64,000 bases of DNA. Origin: Patescibacteria group bacterium. GTDB lineage: Bacteria > Patescibacteriota > Patescibacteriia > UBA1558 > GWA2-36-10. Shown here piece by piece: positions 48,650-59,369 of this stretch (position 1 is the stretch's first letter; each line of letters opens with the position of its first letter). The notes below the pieces were generated by a model. That model was not told the origin of the DNA and made no database searches. It saw only the letters and a list, made by a program, of their open reading frames with translations. The stretch lies in assembly GCA_041665505.1 (NCBI GenBank), contig JBAYIR010000005.1:225-64224 (forward strand). Reading direction: 5' to 3'. The translations under genes were made by a program, and so were the position numbers.

Positions 48650-50839
48650 ATGGTCTTAGAACACAAGTTAAAAAAGATAAATCTGGTTCTAGCATTGTTT
48701 ATAATGTTTAGTCCACTAATAGCTCATTATGAGTATATTTTTCCTTATATTTATTTGAAAAATATTGTTTTTAGATCCCTAGTTCTTTTGGGGATATTTT
48801 TTGTGGCTTGGTATACTTTACACAAGGACAAAATCAGTGTTAAGAAATATCTAATATTTTTGGCTTTTATAGTTTTTTTGCTAGTGCAAATACTAGCTAC
48901 TATCTTTGGTGTAAATGTGATTAATAGCACTTTGGGAAATTTTGAGAGAATGGACGGCTTATTAAATTTAATATCACTAGCTTTATATTTTTTATTTTTG
49001 ATAAATACTTTCAAAAGCACCAAAGATTGGTTATGGATATTTAGGGCCTCTATTATAGCCTCTCTACTGGTTGTTGCTTATGAACTTTTTGGTCGCTGGG
49101 GTTGGATAGGTGATACGCCTATTCCTCATAAATCTGGCACTATTGGTACTACTTTGTATTTTGGTTCTTATTTGATGTTTAATGTATTTTTTGCTTTATT
49201 GGCCTATTACATAGATAGACATAGATATTGGAAAATATTTTATTTGTTAAGCATAATTCTGGAAGTAGTTTTTATTTTTATTAATGCTTCTCGTTCTTCT
49301 ATGATTGGTTTAGTAGCGGGCATGGGTTTGCTACTAGTATTTATGTTTTTTAGGGTTAATAAAAAATTAAAAATATTATTTATTAGCTTGATTATTATTT
49401 TCCTATCTTTAGTGGGACTGGTGATAGCTCAGAGAAATAGTGCTTGGGTGCAAAATATTTATTTTTTAGAGCGTTTGACCAATATTTCTAGAGATGATTT
49501 TTCTACTAATAATAGATTATTGACTTGGCAGGTATCACTAAAGGCTTTTTATGATAAGCCAATTTTAGGCTATGGTCCAGAAAATGCTGTCTATGCCGTG
49601 AGTAAGTATCATAATCCAGAAGTTTCAGAACAATGGTTTGATAGAGCCCATAATTTTGTGCTAGATCATTTGCTCAACGCTGGTATTTTAGGGCTTTTAA
49701 GTTTCTTGGCTATATTTGTTCTAGCCTTTAAAGCTTCTTGGCACTATCTTAAAAAACATTATTTTTTAGCAGCTACTTTGATGGCTACTTTAGTGGCTTA
49801 TCTCATTAGTAATTTATTTACTTTTGATTCTTTGGTTACTTGGTTGCCACTAGTGCTCATCTTGGCTTTTATAGATTTTTTGGCTATTCAAGATAAGGAA
49901 GTTAAACAAATAGAATTGCCACTGTGGCTGAGAAAAAGTAAAAAAATAATATTGGTAATTATCCTTATATTATTTTCTACTTATGCTTACTTTATGATTA
50001 TTAGACCGACTCAGGCCAATAAATTGGGCATTAGAGCGGTTAGATCTATATATACTCAGACAAGTAATATGGATAAGAGTTTGGAAAAATTCCAGCAAGC
50101 TTTTGATTATAATACTTATGGTAATGGTGAGATTGCTAGAGCGCTAGCCGATATAGCTAAATTGAAAATAGCTTCTGAAGATGTGACTGTTAGTGATAAA
50201 GAAAAAATTGTTTTGGAGTTGGAAAGAGAAGTTTTGTTTATTTTGGAGCGTGATCCTATCAATGTCCGTATGAGGATGATGTTGGCTGATATTTATCTTG
50301 ATATAGCTGAGTTTGATATTTCTTATGCCGATAAAGCTATCGAAATAGTAGAGCCTGGCTTTGCTGATTCTCCAAATAGATTGGAGCTTCATGCTATCAT
50401 GGCTAGGGCTTATCTGACTAAAAATGATTTAGGTAAAGCTTTGGAATATTTGGAGCAGTCTCTAGCTATTTATGATGGTCGGGAACAAGATTATCTAAAT
50501 GTGTTTTATTTACTCTACAAACACAACGATATAGAAAAAATGGACTCTTATATGACTAAATATTTGGCTAGATTTGATAATATTAGTGTAGAAAATTATA
50601 ATATTATAGCTCGTTATTATATCAATATGTTGGCCGGACAAAAATTATTGGACAGCGGTATTTGTCAGCGTTTGATTGAGCTACAGCCAGAGGTCATTGG
50701 GCACCGAACAGTATTGTTGGATGCTTACAATAGTGCTGGCTTAAAAGCAGAGGCTTTAGAATATATAGCTAGTATGTCTGCTATAAATCCTGAATGGCCT
50801 GATAAACTTCAAAAATATTGGAAGCTAATACAAGATTAA
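48650..50839 (+). CDS. O-antigen-ligase-like (Wzy_C) polytopic membrane protein with C-terminal TPR domain; candidate O-oligosaccharyltransferase
   Basis: About twelve TM helices. Wzy_C-like block RLLTWQVSLKAFYDKPILGYGPEN...FDRAHNFVLDHLLNAGILG. Soluble C-terminal TPR-like repeats. Confidence 0.65.
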   Translation: MVLEHKLKKINLVLALFIMFSPLIAHYEYIFPYIYLKNIVFRSLVLLGIFFVAWYTLHKDKISVKKYLIFLAFIVFLLVQILATIFGVNVINSTLGNFERMDGLLNLISLALYFLFLINTFKSTKDWLWIFRASIIASLLVVAYELFGRWGWIGDTPIPHKSGTIGTTLYFGSYLMFNVFFALLAYYIDRHRYWKIFYLLSIILEVVFIFINASRSSMIGLVAGMGLLLVFMFFRVNKKLKILFISLIIIFLSLVGLVIAQRNSAWVQNIYFLERLTNISRDDFSTNNRLLTWQVSLKAFYDKPILGYGPENAVYAVSKYHNPEVSEQWFDRAHNFVLDHLLNAGILGLLSFLAIFVLAFKASWHYLKKHYFLAATLMATLVAYLISNLFTFDSLVTWLPLVLILAFIDFLAIQDKEVKQIELPLWLRKSKKIILVIILILFSTYAYFMIIRPTQANKLGIRAVRSIYTQTSNMDKSLEKFQQAFDYNTYGNGEIARALADIAKLKIASEDVTVSDKEKIVLELEREVLFILERDPINVRMRMMLADIYLDIAEFDISYADKAIEIVEPGFADSPNRLELHAIMARAYLTKNDLGKALEYLEQSLAIYDGREQDYLNVFYLLYKHNDIEKMDSYMTKYLARFDNISVENYNIIARYYINMLAGQKLLDSGICQRLIELQPEVIGHRTVLLDAYNSAGLKAEALEYIASMSAINPEWPDKLQKYWKLIQD

Positions 50840-50845
50840 TAAATT

Positions 50846-53149
50846 ATGAACACCATTGATAAGTATTTAGACAAAGTATTAAAAATAATTATAGCCAGTA
50901 TATTTTTCTTGCCTTTTGTAATTAGCGCTGATTTTTATTTCCCTTTTATCACGCCTAGAAATTTTTTGTTTAGAATTATAGTTACTATAGTAGTAGCTTT
51001 ATATTTGTATTTATTTTTTAGAAATAAACAAAAATATACTTTTGGTAAAAATAAACTAGTGCTAGCTTATGTAGCTTTGGTGTTTATCATGACCTTGGCT
51101 AGTTTACTAGGAGGCGATTTTCGCTATAGTTTTTGGAGCAACTACGAGCGGATGGATGGTTTATTAAGTTTGTATTATTTAGTAGCATTACTTTTAGTAA
51201 TATTGGGCGTTTATAGACGGAAAAAAGCTTGGTTGGATTTACTGAGGATATCGGTCTGGTCATCACTCTTAATGGCTATTATGGCTATTAGTCAGCATTG
51301 GGATATAAATTTGTTTATGGAGTCATCAGGTGGGGAGAGGGTATCTGGCACCTTAGGCAATGCGGCTTATTTGGCAGCTTATGCTTTGTTTAATTTATTT
51401 TTTGCTTTGTATTTATTTTTTAATGATAAAGATAGGCGACCAAAATTGGAATTATGGTTTTTTTATGTTTTGGATATTTTACTTATTGTATTTGAATTAT
51501 TTGGGCGAGGTAAAGGAATCTTAGCTGAATTATTGGCTGATATTAGAATATTTTTATTGTTTGTAATACCGCAGATATTTATTATATTAAATTATTATTT
51601 TTATAATACCAAAAAAACTATTAAATATAGTTTATCAGCTTATTTTATTTTGATAGCCTTGTTGAATTTTTTGGCTTTGTTTAATACTCAAACTAGAGGA
51701 GTGCTAGTCGGCTTATTTGTAGCGGCTCTCTTAGTAGCAATATTTTTATTGTTTAGTAAATATATAAATAAAAAATTTAAATATTTCATTTTAAGTGCTT
51801 TAGTTTTGTTGATTTTATTTTGTGCTGGCATATTTGTTTTCAAAAATTCTAGTTTTATACAAGCCAATAATACCTTAAGAAGAGTAGCTAATATATCAGT
51901 TTCTGACGCTACCGCAGAAACTAGGCTACTGACTTGGCAGTTGAGTCTCAAAGGTTTTAAAGAAAAACCAATACTGGGTTGGGGGGAAGAAAAATTTTAT
52001 GTAGTGTTTAATAAATATTTTCCAAATCAAATTTTTAAAGATACTGGTTCAAGAGTATGGTTTGATAGGCCACATAATGTATTTTTACAACAATTGGTTC
52101 ATGGGGGTATTTTGGGTTTATTGGCTTATTTGGCAATTTTTCTCTTGGCTTTTAAGAATTTGTGGAGGCATTATAAGAAAACACACAATCCAATCACTAT
52201 TAGTATTTTTGGTGGTTTACTAATAGCTTATCTAGTACAAAACTTTTTTGTTTTTGACAGCATAAATTCTTATATTCCACTTATAGTCTGTTTGGCGGTC
52301 AGTGTATTTTTGGCGGGGGATGCCAAGGGTGATAAAAAAACCAAAGGTTTTGTCGAAGGCTCAGAGCAAGAGCGTGGGAATAAAAATAATAGCAGAGCAA
52401 ATAATACATTAGCTCTGGGAGCAGTATTATTAGTTTTGTTTTTGGGTTATATTTTGAATATTCCACAGCTCTTGACCAATCATAACTTTATCGTTCAATA
52501 TGAAACTTTACGTAAAGGTATTAGCCAAGGTAAATATAAAAAAGCGGATACTGACAAATTATTGGAGATTATAGATAGCCAGTATTTTGGTAAATTTGAG
52601 CTTAGACAAGTCTATGCGGAGTTTGTACCGAGCCTCATAGCCGCTAAAGCTTTATCGCCTTTGGAAACAAAATATTTTATAGATACTGCTGAAGCCAAAA
52701 TGCTTAAAAGCATAGATGAACAACCTGATAATGTGCGCCACCATAGCTTTTTATTAAATTTATATTTATATACCTCTACTTTAGATGCTTCTTATGCAGA
52801 AAAAGCTGTGGCTTTGATAGAAAACAAAGCTATCCCACTTAGTCCGACTCGTATTCAGTTGTATTATTCTCTGGGGCAAGCTTATATGAGTTTGGGTCAA
52901 AAAGATCAGGCAGTTACTAGTTTTTTAAAAGCCAAAGAATTAGCACCAAAAGTTTTTGATTCTTATTATAATTTGATTTATACCTACTTAAATATAGCTG
53001 ACTATAATGCTGCTCAAGCTACTTTGGAAGAAATGCACAGCAATGTGCCTAATATCAGTAATAATAATTATGTGCGCTTGGCGGCTTTGTATAATTATTT
53101 TGGTAAGCAAGAGGAGCTAGATAAAATAATAAATGGTCCACAAAAATAG
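50846..53149 (+). CDS. Second Wzy_C + TPR membrane protein (paralog of 48650..50839)
   Basis: RLLTWQLSLKGFKEKPILGWGEEKF...FDRPHNVFLQQLVHGGILG, and a C-terminal TPR region. Confidence 0.65.
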   Translation: MNTIDKYLDKVLKIIIASIFFLPFVISADFYFPFITPRNFLFRIIVTIVVALYLYLFFRNKQKYTFGKNKLVLAYVALVFIMTLASLLGGDFRYSFWSNYERMDGLLSLYYLVALLLVILGVYRRKKAWLDLLRISVWSSLLMAIMAISQHWDINLFMESSGGERVSGTLGNAAYLAAYALFNLFFALYLFFNDKDRRPKLELWFFYVLDILLIVFELFGRGKGILAELLADIRIFLLFVIPQIFIILNYYFYNTKKTIKYSLSAYFILIALLNFLALFNTQTRGVLVGLFVAALLVAIFLLFSKYINKKFKYFILSALVLLILFCAGIFVFKNSSFIQANNTLRRVANISVSDATAETRLLTWQLSLKGFKEKPILGWGEEKFYVVFNKYFPNQIFKDTGSRVWFDRPHNVFLQQLVHGGILGLLAYLAIFLLAFKNLWRHYKKTHNPITISIFGGLLIAYLVQNFFVFDSINSYIPLIVCLAVSVFLAGDAKGDKKTKGFVEGSEQERGNKNNSRANNTLALGAVLLVLFLGYILNIPQLLTNHNFIVQYETLRKGISQGKYKKADTDKLLEIIDSQYFGKFELRQVYAEFVPSLIAAKALSPLETKYFIDTAEAKMLKSIDEQPDNVRHHSFLLNLYLYTSTLDASYAEKAVALIENKAIPLSPTRIQLYYSLGQAYMSLGQKDQAVTSFLKAKELAPKVFDSYYNLIYTYLNIADYNAAQATLEEMHSNVPNISNNNYVRLAALYNYFGKQEELDKIINGPQK

Positions 53150-53164
53150 TATTTTAAAATAAAA

Positions 53165-53192
53165 AAGCTCTCCACTAAGGAGAGTTTTTTTG
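53165..53192. terminator. Bidirectional terminator
   Basis: AAAAAAGCTCTCCactaaGGAGAGTTTTTTT. Confidence 0.7.
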
Positions 53193-53202
53193 TTTAGAGA
53201 AA

Positions 53203-53592
53203 TTAGGCAGTCATTATGAGTTTAACTTCTTTTTTGTTGATAATCTTTTTATTATCCAAAACTTTTATGAGGGTGTTTACTTTTTTGTCTTTTTTATCTA
53301 CTGTGCCTAGCATATCTATTTTAAGGTCGCTTAGTTTATCATCTAGATAATCTTTGGTCACCATGGTAGATTCAATTTTATCAAAACGTTGATCAATCTT
53401 ATCAAAACGCTCTTCTGTATGGTTAGCAAAATCATTGATAGCACTAGCTAATTTATCAATGTTAGTAGTATTTTGGCTTACTTTCACGTCTAAGTCTTGC
53501 AATTTTTTGTCTAAAACCTGCACTGTTTTGTCTAAACCTTGCACGGCTTGGAGTATTTTTTGATTTGATACGTTGCTTTTCTTCTTAAGCAT
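53203..53592 (-). CDS. Hypothetical coiled-coil protein
   Basis: 129 aa with heptad-like K/D/L-rich repeats. Confidence 0.45.
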   Translation of the reverse strand: MLKKKSNVSNQKILQAVQGLDKTVQVLDKKLQDLDVKVSQNTTNIDKLASAINDFANHTEERFDKIDQRFDKIESTMVTKDYLDDKLSDLKIDMLGTVDKKDKKVNTLIKVLDNKKIINKKEVKLIMTA

Positions 53593-53653
53593 AGTTTTAT
53601 TAGTTAATTATTTAGGTCATTGTATTATACAATGGTGATTTTTAGCTGTCAAT

Positions 53654-54877
53654 TTAGAATAATTTATTATAAATATTCTTAGTTTTTTCTAAAGTATTTT
53701 TAAGATCAAAATTTTCTTGGATATTTTGATAGTTTTTATTTATCATTTCAGGGCTACAATGAATTATGTTTTTGATAGCTTCAGCTAGAGCTAGAGGATT
53801 AGCTGCTTCAACTAATAGCCCAGTAACTCGGTCTGCAATAATTTCTGGCACGCCGCCAACCCGAGTAGCTACTATAGGTATTTTGGCCAGTCCTGCTTCT
53901 AAGAGAGTATAGGGCAGACCTTCTTTGACAGAGGGAAGTATAAAAGCCTCAAAAGCTAGCAGATATTTATAAGCATCATCTTTAGCTCCTAAGAGTTGAA
54001 AATATTTATCTAAATTATTTTCCTTTATTTGTTGTTTAATTTTATTCTGCTCCGGTCCATCACCAATCAGTACAAATTGATATTCATCTAAAATAGGAGA
54101 TTTACTTTCAGCAAGTATTTTGACAGCTTCAACTAAATAATTATAGCCTTTGCTTTGATAAAAACTGGCAATAGTGCCAAAATATTTCTTACTGCTGTCT
54201 AATTTTAATTTTTCCAAGGCACTTTGCCGGTCATAAAATTTGTAATTATCTATATCAATACCATTGTGTATGGTAATTAGTTTTTCTTCATAAGTAATTT
54301 TATTGGCAATAGCACTTTGTCTATCAGCTTCAGAGACAGTAATAATCAGATGTTCAATGCTAGTTGAAATTATTTCAGATAATTTGTATATTTTTTTTCG
54401 GAGTTTTGATAGAGGCTCATTGAAGACAAAACCATGGGCAGTGTACACTAAGCGTAGTTTGGTGTTCATCGGATTAGCGCTATACATACGAGCGGCTAAA
54501 GATCCTAATAATCCTACTTTGGAGCTATTAAGATGAACTAAATCATAATGACCAGCATTGTATATTCTGAGAATTTCCATGATAGCTAAATAATCTCTAC
54601 CCAAATCTATTTGTCTACCTAGGTAGGGGACGGCAATAGATTTTATTTTGAGCTCCTCTAAGATTTGAAAAAATTTAGGGTCTTTATTTTTTTCTTCGCC
54701 ATAAGCTACATGGACTTCATTAGCTCTAGAAAAATATTTGGCTAGCTCCAAGACATATTTTTGGGCTCCTCCCCATTTACTTTGAGTGACAATATAGAGT
54801 ATTTTTTTGTTTTTAAACTCTTTTTTATCCTGTGTTGAGCTTGCCGAAGCATTATCTTTTTGGCTAATATTAGACAT
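53654..54877 (-). CDS. Glycosyltransferase family 4 (GT-B fold)
   Basis: EGLPYTLLEAGLAKIPIVATRVGGVPEII (E-x7-E motif region). Confidence 0.8.
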   Translation of the reverse strand: MSNISQKDNASASSTQDKKEFKNKKILYIVTQSKWGGAQKYVLELAKYFSRANEVHVAYGEEKNKDPKFFQILEELKIKSIAVPYLGRQIDLGRDYLAIMEILRIYNAGHYDLVHLNSSKVGLLGSLAARMYSANPMNTKLRLVYTAHGFVFNEPLSKLRKKIYKLSEIISTSIEHLIITVSEADRQSAIANKITYEEKLITIHNGIDIDNYKFYDRQSALEKLKLDSSKKYFGTIASFYQSKGYNYLVEAVKILAESKSPILDEYQFVLIGDGPEQNKIKQQIKENNLDKYFQLLGAKDDAYKYLLAFEAFILPSVKEGLPYTLLEAGLAKIPIVATRVGGVPEIIADRVTGLLVEAANPLALAEAIKNIIHCSPEMINKNYQNIQENFDLKNTLEKTKNIYNKLF

Positions 54878-54966
54878 TTGTTTAATTGATTTATTTACTA
54901 AATACTGGTATAATTTTATAGTATTTACAGGGCTAAAGCAAGTTTTTAATAGAGAAATATTTTAAG

Positions 54967-56079
54967 ATGAAAATAGTTATTGCTACAGGGGTATATAAAA
55001 TTGGTGGTCCAGCCACTTATACGCGTTTGATGACAGAATATTTATCTTCTCAGAATATTAAGGTAGAGGTCTTAAGTTTTGATGAGGTTAAAAAATTTCC
55101 TAAAGTCATTAGGCATTTTATTTTTTTTATAAAAATATTTATTAAATTATTCAAAACAGATTTAGTCTTTGCTCAGGATCCAGTCAGCGTTGGTTTGCCG
55201 AGTTTATTGGCCGCCAAAATTCTTAGAAAAAAAATAATTATTCGTTTTGTCGGTGATTATGCTTGGGAACAATCTGTCCAGCGATTTTCTGTCAAAGATG
55301 GCATTGACGCTTTCCAAAATAATAAATATGGATTCAAAGTAGAATTTTTACGCCGCATTCAAATATTTGTTTTAAATCATGTAGATAAAATTATTACTCC
55401 TAGTGTTTATTTTGGCGAAGTGGCCAAAAAATGGCTGAAAGACAAAAATAAAGTAAAACCAATCTACAATGGCATTGATACTAATTTGCCGATTTTAAAT
55501 AAGCTTGAGGCTAGAAAAAAATTGTCTTTAAAAAATGAAGACATAATTTTATTTACAGCGGGTAGATTAGTGCCTTGGAAAGGTATTGATGTTTTGATAG
55601 ATATTATGCCGGACTTATTGAAAAAAGATAATAGGTATAGACTGATGATTGTTGGGGACGGTCCAGAGGAAGAAAAATTAAAAAAACAAATTAAAGATTT
55701 GCAATTAAAAAAAGTAGTATACTTCAAGGGGCGTTTGAGTAGAGAAGATTTACTTTTAAATTTACAGGCGGCAGATATTTTTATTTTAAATACAGGTTTT
55801 GAAAGTTTTTCTTTTCAAGTATTAGAGGCTATGTATTATAATGTTCCAGTTATTACTACTAATATTTGTAATTTGCCAGAAATAATAAAAAATAATCAAG
55901 AAGGTATCTTAGTTGATTATAATAATAAAACACAAATTATAGCCGCTATAGAAAAATTGTTAGCTGATAGTAGTTTTAGAGATAGTATAATAAAAAATGC
56001 CAAACAGAGGGCAGAGTATTTCTCTATTCAAAAAACTATGGATAATTTATTGGAGCTTTTAAAAAGCCTAGAGTCATAA
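54967..56079 (+). CDS. Glycosyltransferase family 4
   Basis: FESFSFQVLEAMYYNVPVITTNICNLPEII. Confidence 0.8.
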   Translation: MKIVIATGVYKIGGPATYTRLMTEYLSSQNIKVEVLSFDEVKKFPKVIRHFIFFIKIFIKLFKTDLVFAQDPVSVGLPSLLAAKILRKKIIIRFVGDYAWEQSVQRFSVKDGIDAFQNNKYGFKVEFLRRIQIFVLNHVDKIITPSVYFGEVAKKWLKDKNKVKPIYNGIDTNLPILNKLEARKKLSLKNEDIILFTAGRLVPWKGIDVLIDIMPDLLKKDNRYRLMIVGDGPEEEKLKKQIKDLQLKKVVYFKGRLSREDLLLNLQAADIFILNTGFESFSFQVLEAMYYNVPVITTNICNLPEIIKNNQEGILVDYNNKTQIIAAIEKLLADSSFRDSIIKNAKQRAEYFSIQKTMDNLLELLKSLES

Positions 56080-56091
56080 ATTTATAAGGGG

Positions 56092-57171
56092 ATGAAAGTC
56101 ATAAACTTAAGTTTAGATAATAAAATACTAGATAAAAACTCAGCGGTGGCTCAGAGAGCTATTTCTTATGGCGCTTTATTAGATGAATATTTGATTGTTT
56201 TAGTCGGTAAAAATCAAAATGTTAATTTGTCTGCCAAAACAAAAGTAGTTGCTATGGCAGCTACTAATAAATTTTTTACTTTATTTAAAATTTATAAATA
56301 TCTGCTAGCTAAATTGTCGGTTAATAAATATGATATTATTACTATTCAAGATACTTATTATCTAGCCTTTTTGGGGTTATTTTTAGGCAAAAAATTTCAT
56401 ATCAAAGTAGAACTACAAGTCCATGGCTTTGAAAAATTATCTGGCTTAAGAAAATTTTTAGCTAAATATAATCTCAAGAGAGCTGACACCATCAGAGTAG
56501 TCAGTCAAAGATTAAAAGATAAAATTGTTAGTGAATTTTCTGTGGAGGCAAAAAAGCTTTATATAGTGCCAGTAGCTATAGATAAAGACCATTTGATAGC
56601 CTTACAAGATGGTTTTAATTTGAAAGAACAATATCCTAATAATTTTATTTTTTTGACAGTTTCTAGACTAGTACCGATAAAAAATATTGCTATGCAAATC
56701 AGAGCTTTGTCTCAGATAAAAAATGATAATATAAAACTAGTCATTGTTGGTGAAGGGCCAGAAGAAAATAATTTGAAAAATTTGGTCAGCCAATTAGGCT
56801 TGTCTGATAAAGTAGAGTTCTCTGGTGCTTGGGTTGAACATTTAGCTAGTTATTATCAGAGTGCTGATTGTCTACTACTTAGTTCAAATAGTGAGGGTTA
56901 CGGCATGGTAGTAGCCGAAGCAGTTTTGGCTGGCTTACCAGTAATAATGACAGAAGTAGGAGTAGCCGGCGAATTATTGGAAAATAATGTCAACGGTTTA
57001 GTGGTACCAGTAGCTGATGAGCAGTCTTTTACTCAGGCTATGATGAGGGTAATAGAAGAAGATAGTTTATTACAAAAATTTTCTGCTAATTCTATAGCCT
57101 TTAAAGATAAAATTTTAGACAAAGAGCAGTTAATAAATAAAGTAGTGGAGCATTGGCAGACAATATTATGA
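56092..57171 (+). CDS. Glycosyltransferase family 4
   Basis: EGYGMVVAEAVLAGLPVIMTEVGVAGELL. Ends with a TGA stop at 57169-57171, which overlaps the next gene's ATG. Confidence 0.8.
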   Translation: MKVINLSLDNKILDKNSAVAQRAISYGALLDEYLIVLVGKNQNVNLSAKTKVVAMAATNKFFTLFKIYKYLLAKLSVNKYDIITIQDTYYLAFLGLFLGKKFHIKVELQVHGFEKLSGLRKFLAKYNLKRADTIRVVSQRLKDKIVSEFSVEAKKLYIVPVAIDKDHLIALQDGFNLKEQYPNNFIFLTVSRLVPIKNIAMQIRALSQIKNDNIKLVIVGEGPEENNLKNLVSQLGLSDKVEFSGAWVEHLASYYQSADCLLLSSNSEGYGMVVAEAVLAGLPVIMTEVGVAGELLENNVNGLVVPVADEQSFTQAMMRVIEEDSLLQKFSANSIAFKDKILDKEQLINKVVEHWQTIL

Positions 57172-58238
57172 ATGATAAAGCCAAAAAAATTTGCTACGTC
57201 TTACCCAATTTTGATCTAAATATAGATACACATTATTTTTATTTATATGATTTTATAAATGAAGTAGCCAAAGATTTAGAGCTTACACTGCTCATTGAAA
57301 AAAGCAATTCGGATATTAGTTTTTTTAAAAATGTTCATAAAATTTATCAACAAAAATTTTCATGGAAGCCACTGCGGGTAATAGAAAATTTTTTATTACT
57401 ATTTTGGATTAGACTTGCTGGTGTTAAAAATTATTATATTCACTATTCATACATTTCAGCTATCAATGCAACTGTGATAGCTCGCTTATCAGGAGCCAGG
57501 ACTTTTTATTGGAGCTGTGGCATGATGTGGCTTTTTGCTAGAGATAGAGCTTTGGAATTTATTTTAAAGTCAATTAATTATCTGGTAACTGGTGTAGAGA
57601 CCTTAAAAGCTGGATATATAGAGCATTACAATATTACCCAAGACCGAATAAAGATAATGCCTAATTGGGTTGATTTGGCTAGATTTACTAACATTGATAG
57701 CACTAAGGTTTTGGAAAAATATAAATTAAATAGTAAAGGCTTATATATTCTTTTTGTCCATCGTCTAGCCAAGCGCAAAGGTGCTCACTATATAGCTCAG
57801 CTGGCTAAAGATAATCCAGAATATAAATTTTTAATAGCAGGTGATGGGCCGTATAAAGAAGATTTAGAAAAAGAAATAAAAGATTTAAATAATGTTATAA
57901 TACTTGGCAAAGTACCCAATAAAGATATTCCCAGTTTAATGAAGATTTCCAAATTATTTTTTATGCCCTCAGAAGAAGAAGGTTTTCCCAGAGTACTTTT
58001 GGAAGCTATGGCAGCTGGTCTTCCTTATGTAGCATATGATATTGGTGGGGTCAGAGAAATAAGTAGTCCAGAGCAACAAAAATATATTGTTAGTGGAGTC
58101 AGTAATATGGATAGAGCCATTAAAAGTATTTTGAGTAGTGAGGAAGAATACAATAAATTGAAACAAGCAAATTTAGAGCAGGTCAAACAGTTTGATATCA
58201 AAATAGTTAAAGATAAATTTAGCAGATTATTTTCTTAA
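57168..58238 (+). CDS. Glycosyltransferase family 4
   Basis: EEGFPRVLLEAMAAGLPYVAYDIGGVREI. Start at ATG 57168 (MNDKAKK...). Confidence 0.8.
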   Translation: MNDKAKKICYVLPNFDLNIDTHYFYLYDFINEVAKDLELTLLIEKSNSDISFFKNVHKIYQQKFSWKPLRVIENFLLLFWIRLAGVKNYYIHYSYISAINATVIARLSGARTFYWSCGMMWLFARDRALEFILKSINYLVTGVETLKAGYIEHYNITQDRIKIMPNWVDLARFTNIDSTKVLEKYKLNSKGLYILFVHRLAKRKGAHYIAQLAKDNPEYKFLIAGDGPYKEDLEKEIKDLNNVIILGKVPNKDIPSLMKISKLFFMPSEEEGFPRVLLEAMAAGLPYVAYDIGGVREISSPEQQKYIVSGVSNMDRAIKSILSSEEEYNKLKQANLEQVKQFDIKIVKDKFSRLFS

Positions 58239-58239
58239 T

Positions 58240-59364
58240 ATGGGGGAGAAAAAAATAAAAATTGCGATTGTCATAAATAATATGATGATTGGTGGGGCAC
58301 AGAGATTGATAGTTGATCAGTTTAGATATTTTGATAGAAATAAATTTGATTATTCATTATTGATATTATCCAAATTTTCAGGGCAAGCTGATTTTATGGA
58401 CGAATTACCAAAGGATTTAAAGATTTATCAATTTGATTTTAAAAATTTTAGCAGTTTTAAAGAGTGGTTTAAATTATTTAAAATTTTACAAAAAATAAGA
58501 CCACAGGTAGTAAGATCCAGTCTATTTATGTCCAATACTATTGTCAGAGTTTTTAAACCATTTTTGGGCTATCAGGTGATAATTACAGAAAATAATACGC
58601 ATTACAATAAAAGTAAGTTTAAAATTTATTTGGACAAGCTACTAGCAATTTGGACATATAAAATAACTCCAGATTCTCAGACAGTGACTGATTTTACTAT
58701 CAAGCAGGAAAAAATAAATCAAAATAAATTTTTGACTATTTACAACGGTGTGGATATTGAGGAAATAAAAAATTATCTAAGTCTTAGTCAGGAAAATAAT
58801 TTAAAAAAAGAATTGGGTATAGCTCAAAACGGCAAGATAGTTTTAAATATCGCTAGACTAGTCAGACAAAAAAATCATAAATTACTAATAGAGTCTTTTG
58901 CTAAATTTTCTAAGCTACAGCCAGATTATAATTTGATAATAGTCGGTGATGGGACATTAATGCCAGATCTTAAAAAACAAGCCAAAGATTTGGGAGTGGA
59001 GAACAAAGTATTTTTCCCAGGCGCTAGCAAAGATTTATATCAGTATTATGCTATCAGCGATTTGTTTGTTATTAGCTCTACTCAAGAAGGATTTTGCCTG
59101 ACTGCAGTAATGGCTTTGGCTTTTGGTATACCAGTAGTAGCTACCAAGGTAGCGGGACTGGTAGAATATATAAAAGATGATTATAATGGATTGCTAGCAA
59201 CTTATAATTCAGATGAGCTGTCCCTTAAAATGTCCAAACTAGCTAGTTTGGAAATTGGGCAGAGAGAAATTTATAAAAAAAATTGCCAAGCTACAGCTGA
59301 AAACTTTGATATCAAAAAACACGCCAAAGCTTTTGAAGATTTATTTTTAGCTAGTTTAAATTAA
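58240..59364 (+). CDS. Glycosyltransferase family 4
   Basis: QEGFCLTAVMALAFGIPVVATKVAGLVEYI. Confidence 0.8.
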   Translation: MGEKKIKIAIVINNMMIGGAQRLIVDQFRYFDRNKFDYSLLILSKFSGQADFMDELPKDLKIYQFDFKNFSSFKEWFKLFKILQKIRPQVVRSSLFMSNTIVRVFKPFLGYQVIITENNTHYNKSKFKIYLDKLLAIWTYKITPDSQTVTDFTIKQEKINQNKFLTIYNGVDIEEIKNYLSLSQENNLKKELGIAQNGKIVLNIARLVRQKNHKLLIESFAKFSKLQPDYNLIIVGDGTLMPDLKKQAKDLGVENKVFFPGASKDLYQYYAISDLFVISSTQEGFCLTAVMALAFGIPVVATKVAGLVEYIKDDYNGLLATYNSDELSLKMSKLASLEIGQREIYKKNCQATAENFDIKKHAKAFEDLFLASLN

Positions 59365-59369
59365 AAAAT

